The position numbers and the translations under genes are program-made. Under the pieces are notes generated by a model. It was not told the origin of the DNA. It saw only the letters and a program-made list of their open reading frames with translations, and made no database searches. From assembly GCF_009914755.1 (NCBI RefSeq), contig NC_060946.1: a DNA stretch of 64,000 bases. The stretch is one strand, 5' to 3'. This document shows, piece by piece, positions 19,960-35,765 of the stretch; position 1 is the first letter of the stretch, and each line of letters starts with the position of its first letter. Origin of the DNA: the human T2T-CHM13v2.0 reference genome, Homo sapiens.

Positions 19960-20850
19960 AAGTGCAGGGCTAGAAGCTTCATATGTGTTATCTAATTTAA
20001 TGCTCCCAATACCAGTATGAGAATGGTGTCATCATCCTTTTGTACACAGAATCCACTGCAGCTCAGAACAGGTAAGTGGCTTCCCCAAGGTCATCCAGCC
20101 GGTGAGATATAGAGGCCATGTTCAAATACAGGTCTCTGAGGGCAAAGCCCGTTCTTAAGCATTAGGAGCCCTTGCTACCCATGAGACAGTGGACATGGCC
20201 CCCAACATTGTCCCTTGGTGCTCTCTCTTGATCTTTTTCTTTTAAGGTTTGTTTTATATACTTGTCTCCACCCGGGAGACCAGGAGCTGAGTCTCTTGAG
20301 AGCCAGGACCTTGACCCAGTTGCCGCATGCTCTCCTCTCTTGTTCCCAGCCCTCACCCATGCTGCCCTTCCCTCCCTTCCCTGCCCACCTGGCAAATCTG
20401 CTGGGCTCCAGGCAAACACAAGCTCCTCCAAGGGCCCTCCCTGCTCCTTGCAGGCCACCTCTTCTCAGGGATCTCACAGTTTTCCACGGCACTGAAATGG
20501 CTGGTGAAAGAATCCGTCTCCCTGAGACCATGAGCTCCTCAAGGAAGCTGGGACTGACACCTCCATGTCTCCAGGGCCCAGCCCAGGACCTGGCACAGCT
20601 CTGTGTTCAGTGTTGGCTGAATGAATGAATCCAGTCCACCATGAATTGATCCTGAAGTGGACCTAGAGTTGGAGGGACTAGACTATTGATTTTGCAACTT
20701 ATTAACTATGGGATCTCAGACAAGTCCCTTCACCCATTTGGGCCTCAGTTTTCTCATCTGTAGAATGGGGATGATTTGAGGAAAACAGAGGTTGAAGCAC
20801 TTCATAAACCGAGTTGCTGCATAGTTGTGAGGTGAGATGATGGAGGTTCC
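19960..20850. mobile_element. MIR and L2 fragments
   Basis: cccaaggtca, gcctcagttttctcatctgtagaatgggg (MIR); tgttggctgaatgaatgaa (L2 3' end). Confidence 0.6.
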
Positions 20851-21512
20851 CAAGCCCAGGCTCCAGGGAAAGACTTTGGCACTTGCCCCTTGCTAAACAA
20901 AGCATGCAATTTTAAAGGCTCACAGCTATCGCAGATTTTCCTAAAACATGCGTCAATACAAAAGTTGTTGAGTTCCTTTAGAGAAACACTGTAACGGAGA
21001 CTCCCTGCACTGACAATTTAGCTGAGCAAGTTTGCTCTGGCTGTGCACGCCCCAGGGATTCCTCCATACCTGCAGCTGGAACCCATGAAGAAACTTTGGG
21101 CCTTTAATTAGAACCATTTGCCCTTCCAATGAACGGCAGGTGGCTGGGCCAACTTACAAAGAGATGCTCATTAGAGCAGTATGTGCCCTTTGATCCATCC
21201 GTCTGACTGCTGGGACTCTGTCCTAAAGAAATAATCCCAAATATGGAAAGGCTTATGAACAAATACACCATCTTTGGAGTATTTCTTGTAACGGCAGAGA
21301 AACTGGAATCAACCGGAATATCCAATGGGGAATAAGTTGCTGATGTTTCCTCAACTGGATGGGACTTTATTACTCACTGAGAAGAAATGGCTGGGAAGGC
21401 TTTGGAGCAACATAAAGTATGTTTATGATAGAATGTTAAGTAAACAAATCAGGTTACAAAACTATGTACCCTGAGATGAACTATGCAAACTATGCATATA
21501 AATATCAGAAAT

Positions 21513-21822
<310 letters not shown>

Positions 21823-21825
21823 TCA

Positions 21826-22316
<491 letters not shown>

Positions 22317-22656
22317 TATTATAAATTTTTAAATATCAAAAACATAGACTGTCTCTAAAGTAAAATCAAGACAAAACAAAAAATAAAAAATAATTAAAAA
22401 TAAAAAAGAAACAAAGGGCTAGTTTTCCAAGGGTAGAGGTAAAACCTGACGTTGTAAAAATGTGTTCTGGAGAATCGTTCATATGGCCTGTTTTAGATTT
22501 TTTTTCTTTAATGAAAAAGTAACACATGTACAGGGTAAAAAATATTCTGTGTGAAAGATATACAAACACCACTATCCTAATGAAACTGCCTTTTCCTTCC
22601 AATATTTTATCTATATTTGTATATACTTTAACAAAGTCTAGTGTACATACAATTCA

Positions 22657-23030
<374 letters not shown>

Positions 23031-23586
23031 TTAAAGAGTTATAGGATACTCCATAGTAGAAATATATTTATTTCACTGATCTTTGATATTATATATTAGT
23101 TGTTATGATTATGTTTCCTTTATATATCTCATGGAAATACATATGGTTGTACTCAATGCATATATAGTTGTACATAATTAATACGTAAAATTCATATGTA
23201 ATATGAAAAATAAGATTTTTTCTTTATATTAACAATAACAAATTAGAAAACACGATAGAAAAAAATACTCCAATCAGAATGACAATAAAAATATTAAGTG
23301 CTTAGAACTAAACAAGGCACCCACAACATGGATGAACCTTGAGGATATTATGCTAAGTGCAGTAAGCCAGACACGGAAAGAAAAATATTGCATGATCTCA
23401 CTTATATATGGAACTCAAAGAAGTTGCATACATAGAAACAGAGAACAAAACCGTGCTTATCAGGGGCAGATACGGCGGGCAGGAAATGGGGAGATGTAGG
23501 TCGATGGATACAAAGTTGCAAGATCTAATGTACAATGTGAGGATTATAGTTAATAATATTGAACTAAATTCAGAGTTTTTCTAGAG

Positions 23587-24316
23587 CAGGGGGATATCAT
23601 TTGGCTCTGTGTCCCCACCCAAATCTCATGGTGAATTGTAACCATGCATCAACTGTGTTGGAGGAGGGGCTTGGTGGGAGATGATTGAATCACAGGGCTG
23701 GACTTCCCCTTGCTGTTCTCGTGATAGTGAGTGAGTTCTCACGAGATCTGGTTGTTCAAAAGTGTGTAGAACTTCTGCCTTCACTCTCTCTCTCCTGCTC
23801 CCTTGTGAAGATGTGCTTGCTTCCCCTTTGCCCTTCCTCCACGATTGTAAGTTTCCTGAGGCCTCCCCAGCCATGCATCCTATACAGCCTGTGGAACTGT
23901 GAGCAGATAAAACCTGTTTTTTTTGTAAATTACCTAGTCTCAGGTAGTTGTTTATAGCAATACAGGCGTTGGGGACCCCTTGCATTAGTCTGTTCTCACA
24001 TTGTACTGGTCCATGGTGTGTTAGGAACCAGGTCATATACGGCAGGAACCTGAGCGGGAGGTGAGCTAACATTACCACCTGACCTCTACCTCCTGTCAGA
24101 TCAGTGGCAGCATTAGAGTCTCACAGGGGTGTGAACCATTTTGTGAACTGTGCATGCGAGGGGTCTAGGTTGCATGCTCCTTATGAGAATCTAATGATAA
24201 GTGTAATGCACTTGAATAATCCTGAAACCATCTCCCCACCACCACTGCCCCTTGTCTGTGGAAAAATTGTCTTCCATGAAACCAGTCTCTGGTGCCAAAA
24301 AGGTTGGGGACCACTG
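23587..24316 (+). mobile_element. MER1 (hAT-Charlie) DNA transposon with an MST LTR inserted in its left TIR
   Basis: cagggg...ggttggggaccactg termini; 8-bp TSD ttctagag/ttctaggg. Confidence 0.82.
23593..24003 (+). mobile_element. MST LTR whose 3' terminus is micro-inverted
   Basis: gatatcatttggctctgtgtccccaccc start; the LTR end is present as its reverse complement at 23981-24003. Confidence 0.82.
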
Positions 24317-24612
24317 TTCTAGGGAGTAGATTTTGGGAGCTCTTACCACACACACACAAAGGAAAACTGTGTGAGATGATGGCTATGTTGATTTGCTTGA
24401 CTATAGCAGCCATTTCACTATGTATAGGTATATCAAAACATCATGTCATACACCTTAAATATATACTATAAAAAATTAAAAAGGTGCAAGATCTAAATAT
24501 ATACAACAAAAAATAAAGAAAAAAGGTGCAAGATCTACACTTTAAAAAACTGCAAGATTTTAATCAACACATATAAAAGAAGATGTGAATAACTAGAGTG
24601 ACAACTTTGTCA

Positions 24613-24978
<366 letters not shown>

Positions 24979-25646
24979 TCAGTCAAATATCTTTGCAATG
25001 AACAGGAAGCACTACCTTAAACATCAAGGGAGATTGATGGAAGGATTTTATAGAGCAGGAGTCTCAAACTTGCCCACATCCCAAGATTACCTGGGGCTGC
25101 CTGACAGCCACCCCTGGAGATTCTGACTTAATTGGTCAGGCTGTGGCCTAAGTATCAGGATTTCTACAGCTCCCTAAAGCCCCGTAGAACAATGTGCACT
25201 ATGGTCAGGAATCTCACAGAGTCCAATAATCAGATTAGCTGGGTCCAGGGGTGGGGATAGGGGTCACAGAGGGTCATGTAAGAGAAACACTCTTCCAGGG
25301 ACCAACCGTGTGGTCAGTGAGAAGGGTGCAGTTCTCAAACAAAAGGAAGTCATGGGCTGGGCACAAGTCCCCAAAGGTGCCCACCACTTTCCATCCCTTG
25401 GCTACCCAGTCCACACAAACACTCTTTTCCCTGTATGCACAAACTTGCCTTGGTTTAATTCAACCCAACCATCTCACACACACCTTCCAAGTTCTTAACT
25501 TTCCCCTTACCAGAGGCAACCAAAGTCATGTCCAGCTGTTCCATCCAGAGGTAATGAAATTGGGACCACTTTTCTCAGTGTCCACCATCTTTGGGGGTAT
25601 CCACCCCTCCTCCAATTCTGTAACAATCCTAGCATCAATGATGACT

Positions 25647-26016
<370 letters not shown>

Positions 26017-26647
26017 TGATATTTGGTAGCTCATAAATTCATCAGGAATACTGCAGATTGAGCCTAGAAGCTGGGCTTACACAGGGACATCTGGAATACA
26101 GACAGGGCCATAAAGCCAGTCAGATGATGGCATGACCACCATACCACCATGCCACTGTCACTCCATGCTGGATGCCACAGGTCACTTTGCCATCAGTGCT
26201 GGTCCTGAAACCCACCTTCCCACTGCTGCTGCTACATCTGGTGACCAACAAAATGGTCTGGCTACCAGCCCAGTAAGGAGCCCTCATAAGATAAGTAAGC
26301 AACAAGGAGGAAAGGGCCCCAGGTCAGGGAGGGCTCCAGGTGGGGAAGCACAATGAACAATTGTTGTGAGAAATGGCTAATCACAAACAACCTGAGGGCA
26401 CAATGACTTCAGTGAACACAATGACCTCTGTCTGCATGTAGCCCCCTCCAGCAGGACTCTACAAAACTTCCCTTCAGCCCCTGCCTCTTTGCAGACAGCC
26501 CCTTCTCTGCTGTACTGCCCGTTGCAACCTTGCAACGTATTTTCATATCTTCTCTCATAAATCTGCCTTTCTTTACTTACTACTGTCTTCATAAATTCCC
26601 TTACTGCCTGCGACATCAGTCCTAGCTGGTGGATACTTGCAACATTT

Positions 26648-26665
26648 TGGTGGCCAGTATGGGGA
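26648..26665 (+). other. Retroviral primer binding site, tRNA-Ile(AAT)
   Basis: tggtggccagtatgggga 3 nt after the LTR-terminal CA; matches the complement of the tRNA-Ile 3' end TGGTGGCC(C/A)GTACGGGGA with 1-2 mismatches. Confidence 0.75.
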
Positions 26666-27460
26666 CTCTCTCTTCTTGCAGGGAACCCTCTCCCCTCTCT
26701 CTATTTCTTTTATTTCCCAACTCAGGACCCTCAATGGAGTGTGTCTAAACACGGACACAACTGAAAGTCTGTAGCCAAGGCTGCACTCTGGTGAGACTGA
26801 AAGGTGTCCATGTGGAAGCCTCTGACCGCTGCTGCTTGATTGGATGAGAGTTCAGAGTTTACTTTCCTTTTCAGTCTCCCAGTGGACAAACTCTAGTGTC
26901 CCTCTGGCGATTGACTGCAACTGGCCAGGGCCACTCCCTGGTATGGCCTAAAGGCCAGCAGGTCAACAGATTTGACTGCCTTGTACAGAAGGAAGGAAGG
27001 GCCTCTCCTGTCCTTTCTGGTCAAAGGTCCCTGATCCCTCTGTGTGTTGCAATTGACACACGTTTTGTCCCCCTCTTTCTCTTTCTAAATTATTCCATGA
27101 AGACAGCCACACCTCTTGCTCTGGACGTCTCCAAATCAGGTGATCTCACGTGGCCTCAGAGTTTCCACATTCCTGCCCCCTCTCCTGGGCTGGCCCCAAG
27201 CTGAGTTCATCCTTTACCCTTTTTTCCTCATACCTGGGCTGAACACCCAGTGTGACAAGGCCCCAGAGCTGAGCACTGATGGCAAAGTGACCTGTGGCAA
27301 AGTGTCCTTTCTGATAGGTGGGACACCCCTTTAGAAGGTGTACCCAAGTCCCTCAGTGGGCATGAGTGGAACCCTCTTCCTCAGTGGTATACCCCAAAAG
27401 AAGGTGCAATTCATGTCCCAGCAGATGTGACTTGCTGGCAGCTCCTTTTCCAGCCCCACC

Positions 27461-27936
27461 ATGGGACAAAACCCATCTATTCCTTCAGATTCACCTCTGG
27501 GTTGCATCCTAGAACACAGACAAATTTAACCCTCAGACTCTCAAAAAGAAACACCTAATTTTCTTGTGTAATACAGCATGGCCCCTATGCAGGAAATCCT
27601 CAAATTAGCCTCCTCAGTCTTTTATAACTGAGAGCATAATCTGGAGGACAGGGCTAAGGAGAAAGAAAAATGCAGGGACAAGAGGCAGGCTCAACTGTTG
27701 GCTGCTTTACAAGCCCCAACCCGGCTCCAGGTTGCCCCAAGGACACTCCTCCAGGTAACTGGCATCAGTGCAGAAGGCCAGGCCACTGGAAGGCAAACTG
27801 CCCCAATGGGACACATGGGAAAAAAACCCACATAGCTCGCCCCCTCTGCTACAAGCCTGGCCATTGGAAATGGGACTGCCCTGAGGGCCGAAGGGTCCCC
27901 AGGACAGAATCCCAACTATTGATGGCCTCAAGCTGA
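27461..27936 (+). pseudogene. ERV gag remnant: matrix start fused to the capsid end and two degenerate CCHC zinc knuckles
   Basis: MGQNPSIPSDSPLGCILE..KKKHLIFLCNTAWP; QEILKLASSVFYN*; HQCRRPGHWKANC and PLCYKPGHWKWDC; frameshifts and a stop. Confidence 0.82.
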
Positions 27937-28524
27937 TGGGGGCTCTCTGCCCCGGCTGGCTTCCAAATCAAACATCATCATCAACAAAATGAAGCCAAGG
28001 GAAACTCTGGAGGCGGCAAGTAAAATTATAAATTTCCCTTTTGCTTTCAAGAGCTGCTTATCATAAAGATGCCTCCTCTACCCCTTTCTGCAAATGTATA
28101 CCTCTTAACATATACATGGTAAAAACCTGGAAAATTACTGTCTAGACTTAGGCTTTTAGATTGAGTCACTCTTGGAACTGCATACATCATTGAATGAAAA
28201 AGGTTAAGTTAAAAGAAGGATGCATAATAATAACATGGCTAGTCTTAGAAAATTCTCTTGAGCAGTTAAAATCTTTCGCAAGCTTGAAAATGCCCTAAAG
28301 TCCTTCTGGAAAAAACAACAGCCGTCACCTTGTGCTGGAGGTCAGTTGCTAAGGCTTTGCCCTTTTCACAGCGGTGGCCTGGAAATTCCTGGCTTTGGAA
28401 GTGAGTCCTTTGAGGTTTAATACTTGTGGTATTTTTGCCATTTATTGATTCTTTTCCCCCTCCATGGACAGCTTCTGTCTTGTCGTGGCCCAGAAAAATA
28501 GAAACTTTAATGCCTTTTAGGTCA

Positions 28525-28933
<409 letters not shown>

Positions 28934-29041
28934 CTAAATTCAGCAGGTCAGGTACTGTTTGCCAGATACTTTAAGGCCATAAACTGCCTCTGCAACTTCT
29001 ATTAATAATAATTGTTTGACTTGTCTGCTTATAGCCATTAG

Positions 29042-29344
<303 letters not shown>

Positions 29345-29557
29345 GTTTACAGCCATTAGATTCTAGGTAAGGCCTGGAGAAATATGGAGTTAGTCTGGTT
29401 CCCTGGCTAGGCTGAGAAGAGTCAGATGTGATCTGCAGCTCCATCCTTGTCCTGAGCTGTGCAATCCTGACACGGTTAAAACTGCTTGCTCACCAAGTTT
29501 TTCACCAAAAATAAAAGTTGCTAAGAGTTAACATTGTAGCATGTGCTTGAGACTACT

Positions 29558-29910
29558 TGTATTAGTCTGTCCTCAAGCTGCTAATAAAGACATACCCAAG
29601 ATTGGGTAATTTATAAAGGAAAGAGGTTTACTGGACTCACAGTTCCACATGGCTGGGGAGGCCGTGAAGGAGGAGCAAAGGTACATCTTACATGGCAGCA
29701 GGAAAGAGAGAAAGAGAGCCAAGCAAAAGCAGAAACCCCTTATTAAAACCATCAGATCTCGTGAGACTTATTCACTACCACAAGAACAGTATGGGGGAAA
29801 CTGCTCCCATGATTCAATTATCTCCCACCGGGTCCCTCCCACAACACATGGGAATTATGGGAGCTACAATTCAAGATGAGATTTGGGTGGGGACACAGCC
29901 AAATGTATCA
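29558..29910 (-). mobile_element. THE1 solo LTR in the provirus
   Basis: tgtattagtc...ggacacagccaaa.gtatca, 5-bp TSD ctact. Confidence 0.88.
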
Positions 29911-30010
29911 CTACTGGAGGAAGAGTTTAGGTGCAAAGTATAGAAGGAAAGTTGAACGTGTTTTTGGCGGGAGGTTAGAAGAAGGCGTGGGAATACAGTT
30001 TTTATTAAAG

Positions 30011-30348
30011 CAGTGGTCCCCTCACCTTTTTGGCACCAGGAACTGGTTTTGTAGAAGACCATTTTTCCATAGACAGGGGGTTAGGGGAATGTTTGTGGGA
30101 TGAAACTGTTCCACCACCGATTATCAGGCATTAGATTCCCATAAGGAGTGCACAACCTAGGTCCCCCACATGCACAGTTCAGGATAGGGCTCAGGCTCCT
30201 ATGAGAATCTGCGGCTGCCGCTGATCTCACAAGAGGCAGAGCTCAGGCAGTAATGCTCACTTGTCCGCCACTCACCTCCTGCTGTGTTGCCCAGTTCCTA
30301 ACAGGCCACGGACCAGTACTGGTCCTTGGCCTGGAGGTTGGGACCTGG
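30011..30348 (-). mobile_element. MER1B-like hAT transposon in the provirus
   Basis: cagtggtcccc..ggcaccagg; 8-bp TSD tattaaag/tgttaaag. Confidence 0.85.
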
Positions 30349-31004
30349 TGTTAAAGGGAATGTAATCTTGTCTAGCTCAGAGGGTTTTAAGGATTGGCCT
30401 AACCTAAAAGAGTCATGAGACAAAACTGAAGGTTTAAGCAAGTTGAAAAGGGTTTGTAAAGGGCTAATCTTGTAAGAAGTTCTGTGCGTATAAGGAAGTT
30501 GGCTAAGATATAAAGAGATTATTTAGTTTTTCCATAGGTTGAACATTGAAATAAAAGCATACTGATGTAGAGCTGGAATCTGGGCCCACGTGTCTGAATA
30601 ACAGTTTTCCTAGGAAATTGATCTCTTTAACAGAAAATTGTAAAGAGTTATAAGAGGTTTATGGAAATGTTACCTTATGGTCAAACTAATTAAGACTGTA
30701 CAGATTTGTTGATAAGGTGCTATTAATAATTGGATTTAACATTAATAATATAGTAATGCAAAGGTGAAATCAGGTTTTCTCTTTTAAACAAGACTTTTAT
30801 GTAAGATTAAAAAATAATGAAAGATTCTTGTTTACCTTTTAATAAACAACAAAAAAGGGAGGGGAGAGGAGACAGATTCAGCTGGCCTCATGCTGTCTTT
30901 ATTGCATCCTGTTTGGAAAGTTGTGCATCCCCTCTATCAGCAAGTAAAGATTTTTGCATTTAAAAAATTTTGGAGTTATCATTTTCTTTAAAGAAATGAC
31001 TTAC

Positions 31005-31490
31005 AGTGATTCTCCAATACTCTCCTTTTCTGAGCAACTCTCCTCCAAATCCTGTTGGGTAATGGGAACAAATGGCATTCCCTGACTCCAAAAGAAAAAA
31101 TTTATACATCTTTATATTATTTAAGGGACCAATGCCATTGTCCCACCAGTCCCTGGTAATATCTAAATACCTCACACCCCTTTGGGCCAAAAATATACTT
31201 TCCAAGATAGACGCCTACTTCATATTTACACAGCCTCTGAATTCATCTTTCCCTCTAATAGCCCTATTTCTCCCAAGAAAGCTACCTAAATCTTGAATGA
31301 ATAACTTCAACCTAGATAGTCCTGCCCCAAGGGTTAAAAATAGCCCACATTTATTCAGAGAACCCCTAGGAAGAAATCTAACTGAGCAATCTCTTGAGGG
31401 GTGATAACATCTACAGTGTGTAGATAACTTCTTTAATCTGTTGCCCCTTCACACAGAAATCACACAGCAACATGCTGTACAAACCTTAAT
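31005..31490 (+). pseudogene. ERV protease C-terminal and reverse transcriptase remnants
   Basis: SHQSLVISKYLTPLWAKNILSK resembles xHxFLVxPxCPxPLLGRDIL; LPQG/KNSPHLF; LQCVDN resembles LQYVDD. Confidence 0.7.
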
Positions 31491-31959
31491 TTTATAATAA
31501 AAGGAAAATAATTTATGTCTAATTCAACGTTTATTTAAGGTTACATACAAAACAAGGTTAAGAGGAATAATTCAAAGTTTATTTAAAGGTTACATGCAAA
31601 ACAAGGTAAAAGGAACCAGGAAATAAGAGAGACATAAAATGATCATAAAGGTAAGGAGATATTTTTGGTAAGGAAGGTTATAAAGAAAGAGATTTTATAT
31701 GAGAAAAGATCTTGTATGGTAAACTCTTGTCCTAAAGGAAAATGACTGGTTGTTTAAGAAAGAGGGATGTTTAGGACAAGTCAGAAACTCTAGGCATGTG
31801 GTAGATGGTTTGTGTAAGTCATTAAAAGGTTCATAAAGGGGAATTTATGAAAGGAATTTTATACGGGATTAAGATGATTATAATTGAAAGGGAATTATTT
31901 AGGACGATCTTTCTAACAATGGTCCCCTATGTTAAAACAAGGTTTTCTTAAGGTATTAA

Positions 31960-32430
<471 letters not shown>

Positions 32431-32832
32431 CATCTCTTTCCTTCAGTTTTTATCAGCTCCTGTAACTTTTTCCTCCAGTTCTGTTATGACCTAATGCTAA
32501 AATGTTTCAACTTGAAGGTCAAAAACCTAAGCACTGTTTTCCTCTAAAGTAACTTAATTCTGTACCCTTAACTTTTCTTAATATATCTGAATTCTCAATG
32601 TAAAAAAAAAACGTGAAAACTTCTCATGCTGCTCCTAAGAGTCATGTATTCCCCTCCTACATTCATAACCCTGAACACACTCTTCTTTTGTCTAATTAAA
32701 TTCAAACACTTTTTCATTGAGCTTAACTTCCAGGTTATCTAAATGGGCTTCCAATGAGGAAAAACAGTCACACTGCAAAAGGGTTTTTTTCTTTGCCTTT
32801 TTGGCAACTGGCTTAAGAAACAAAATTTTATT

Positions 32833-33139
<307 letters not shown>

Positions 33140-33271
33140 AGACACAACATTTTATCTTCTAGAATTCAGCAGTTTCAACTTCAAATGATGCTGCAAACGG
33201 AATATTGGTCTCTCCCCAATGATGTCTGCTACCTTTATAAGTCTCCACTGAATTCAGCTAGACATCAGGGG

Positions 33272-33587
33272 GTTTTTTTGTTTTGCTTTGTTTTGTTTTG
33301 TTTTGTTTGAGATGGAATCTCGCTCTGTCACCCAGGCTGGAATGCAGTGGTGCCATCTCAGCTCACTGCAAACTCCGCCTCCTGGGTTCAAGCAATTCTC
33401 TGCCTCAGCCTCCCGAGTAACTGGGATTACAGGTGCCTGCCACCACACCTGGCCAATTTTTGTATGTTTAGTAGAGACAGGGTTTCACCATCTTGGCCAG
33501 GCTGGTCTTGAACTCCTGACCTTGTGATCCACCTGCCTTGGCCCCTCAAAGTGTTGGGATTACAGGTGTGAGCCACCTCACCCGGCC
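33272..33587 (-). mobile_element. Alu in the provirus
   Basis: Reverse dimer, TSD gacatcag. Confidence 0.92.
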
Positions 33588-34055
33588 TGGACATCAGTTT
33601 GCTCCCCCTCTCTGAGTCCCTTCTTCCATCCAGCAAGATCCAATATCCTAGGTCCCGCAGTCTGGGACAAGGACACGTAGGGTCTCTTGACAGATAGATA
33701 ATCCTAGGTAGGGGTAACCCTATGCCCCGGGGGTCAGCAGGAATCAGTTGAAAGATGAGACCTCTGCCACAATGCCAAAGATTTGTCATTGTTATTTTGT
33801 CAGAGGGGGCATGTGGAATCCCTATAAGATAAGTAAGCAACAAGGAGGAAGGGGCCCCAGGTGGGGAAGAACAATGAACAATTGTTCTGAGAGGTGGCTA
33901 ATCACACAACCTGAGGGCACAACGACCTCATGGCACAATGACCTCTTCTGTAAGTAGCCGCCTCCAGCACAACCCTATGAAACTTCCCTCCAGCCCCTGC
34001 CTTTTTGCAGGCACCCCCTTCTCTGCTGCACTGCCCATTGCAATCTTTTAACATA

Positions 34056-34367
34056 TTTCTTTTCTTTTTTTCTTTCTTTTTTTTTTTTAAGACGGAGTCT
34101 CGATCTTTCTCCAGGCTGGAGTGCAGTGATGCAATCTTGGCTAACTGCAACCCCCACGTCCCGGTTTCAAGTGATTCTCCTGCCTCAGCCTCCTGAGTAG
34201 CTGGGACTACAGGCACCCGCCACCACGCCCAGCTAATTTTTGTATTTTCAGTAGAGATGGGGTTTCACCACGTTGGCCAGGATGGTGTCAACCTCTTTAT
34301 TTTGTGACCTGCCCACCTCGGCCTCCCAAAGTCCTGGGATTACAGGCATGAACCATCACACCCGGCC
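34056..34367 (-). mobile_element. Alu inside the 3' LTR
   Basis: Reverse dimer, TSD ~aacrtattt. Confidence 0.92.
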
Positions 34368-35179
34368 ACGCAACGTATTTTCTATATCTTCTCTTATAAA
34401 TCTGCTTTTCTTTATTTACAGCTGTCTTGATAAATTCATTTACCACCTGAGACACTGGGCCTAGCTAATTGCTACCCACGACACCCTGCTCCTTCCCACC
34501 ACTGGCCCCCATGACAAAGCCCAGGGTGGCCACATTTGATGGCTTGGCCTCGGTCCTGGGCCAGCACCCCAGATTTAAGGGAAGCTGGTGGGGGAGAAGT
34601 GAGAGTTTTGTTCCTGTAGTGGAAAGAAAGCCGGGTCTCCTAATGGAGCTCTTAAGTGGGAATTCCTCAAACACAGGAAGAAAAAGAAAGACATCCTTTA
34701 GAATCCCACTTCACTGTTCTGCAACCTGGACCAACAGGAAATTTAAAGATCACCATTTCTAAGCAATAGTTATGGCTCATATGGAAGAAATGCAAATCTT
34801 CCCTGAAACAAACAAAAACTCGCACGAAACGACTGTCCCATTGCCACTGCTGCCCCCAGGCTATGGGGCAGTCTTTCCAGAACTCCTTTGGTGCGTGTTC
34901 TGTCGTTTTGTCAGAATGAGAGACAAACAAAATTGCATTTGCTTCAGCCACGTAATGGTTTTGTTTTGTTCTGTTTCTTCCACATGAGCACCCATGCTTT
35001 AATCTTTTGGACATTCACTTTTTCCAGCTCCACCAACTACCATTAGAGAGCCAGAACGGCACTCTCCCTGCCCCCGGTGTTAGGATCCTACCAGCTTTTT
35101 TGTTTCTGGACTTTTGTTCCTGTGGCATAGGAACTTCAGTCTTCAAAGCAGAGTAGAAGTATGGAACTCAGGAACTATG

Positions 35180-35284
35180 GGGTTGATTTATTTATTTTTC
35201 TTCCAGTAGAGAGTTTATTTGGGTTCCGTTCGAGGACTACAACATGGGAGTATAGATTCAAGTTGCCCTGGATATAAGCTCCCG
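35180..35284 (-). mobile_element. Short polyadenylated LTR 3' fragment (MER34-like)
   Basis: Reverse strand reads gggcaacttgaatctat..cccAAATAAActctctact plus an A-rich tail; flanked by ggaactatg on both sides. Confidence 0.5.
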
Positions 35285-35432
35285 GGAACTATGTTTTAAC
35301 ATAAAGATAAATGACGTTCATTTTGTTTGAACTGGTGTCCCAGGATAGTGGAGGTTCTGGAACGTCCTGGAATGTTGTGTTCTCCCGCTCCTTCCTTCCC
35401 TGGTTCACACCTATTTACAATGTCCCAGATCA

Positions 35433-35710
35433 GGCTGGGTGAGGTGGTTCACGCCTGTGATCCCAGCACTTTGGGAGGCCGAGGCGAGCGGATCACCTGA
35501 GGTTCCAGCCTGGCCAACATGGTGAAACACCGACTCTACTAAAAATACAAAAATGAGCTGGTCGTGGTAGCACATGCCTGAGGCAGAAGAATCACTTGAA
35601 CCTGGGAGGCAGAGGTTGCAGTGAGCCAAGATTGCACCACTGCACTCCAGCCTAGGTGACAGAGCAAGACTCCATCTCAAATAAACAAACAAACAAAAAA
35701 CAAAAGAAAA
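35433..35710 (+). mobile_element. Alu with two internal deletions
   Basis: gaggt^tccagcc and atgc^ctgagg junctions. Confidence 0.88.
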
Positions 35711-35765
35711 GAGCTATCATGTCCCAGATCATAGACACATAATTCCTCTCCCTCAAGTCTCCAGC

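Larger units (their letters stand above)
23318..24480 (+). mobile_element. Old L1 (L1MA/MB-type) 3' end hosting a nested MER1 and MST
   Basis: acaacatggatgaaccttgagga..ttatgctaagtg; resumes after 24324. Confidence 0.75.

Noticed and set aside
26648-26665. tRNA-like sequence
   Set aside because: Only 18 nt complementary to a tRNA 3' end; it is a PBS, not a tRNA gene
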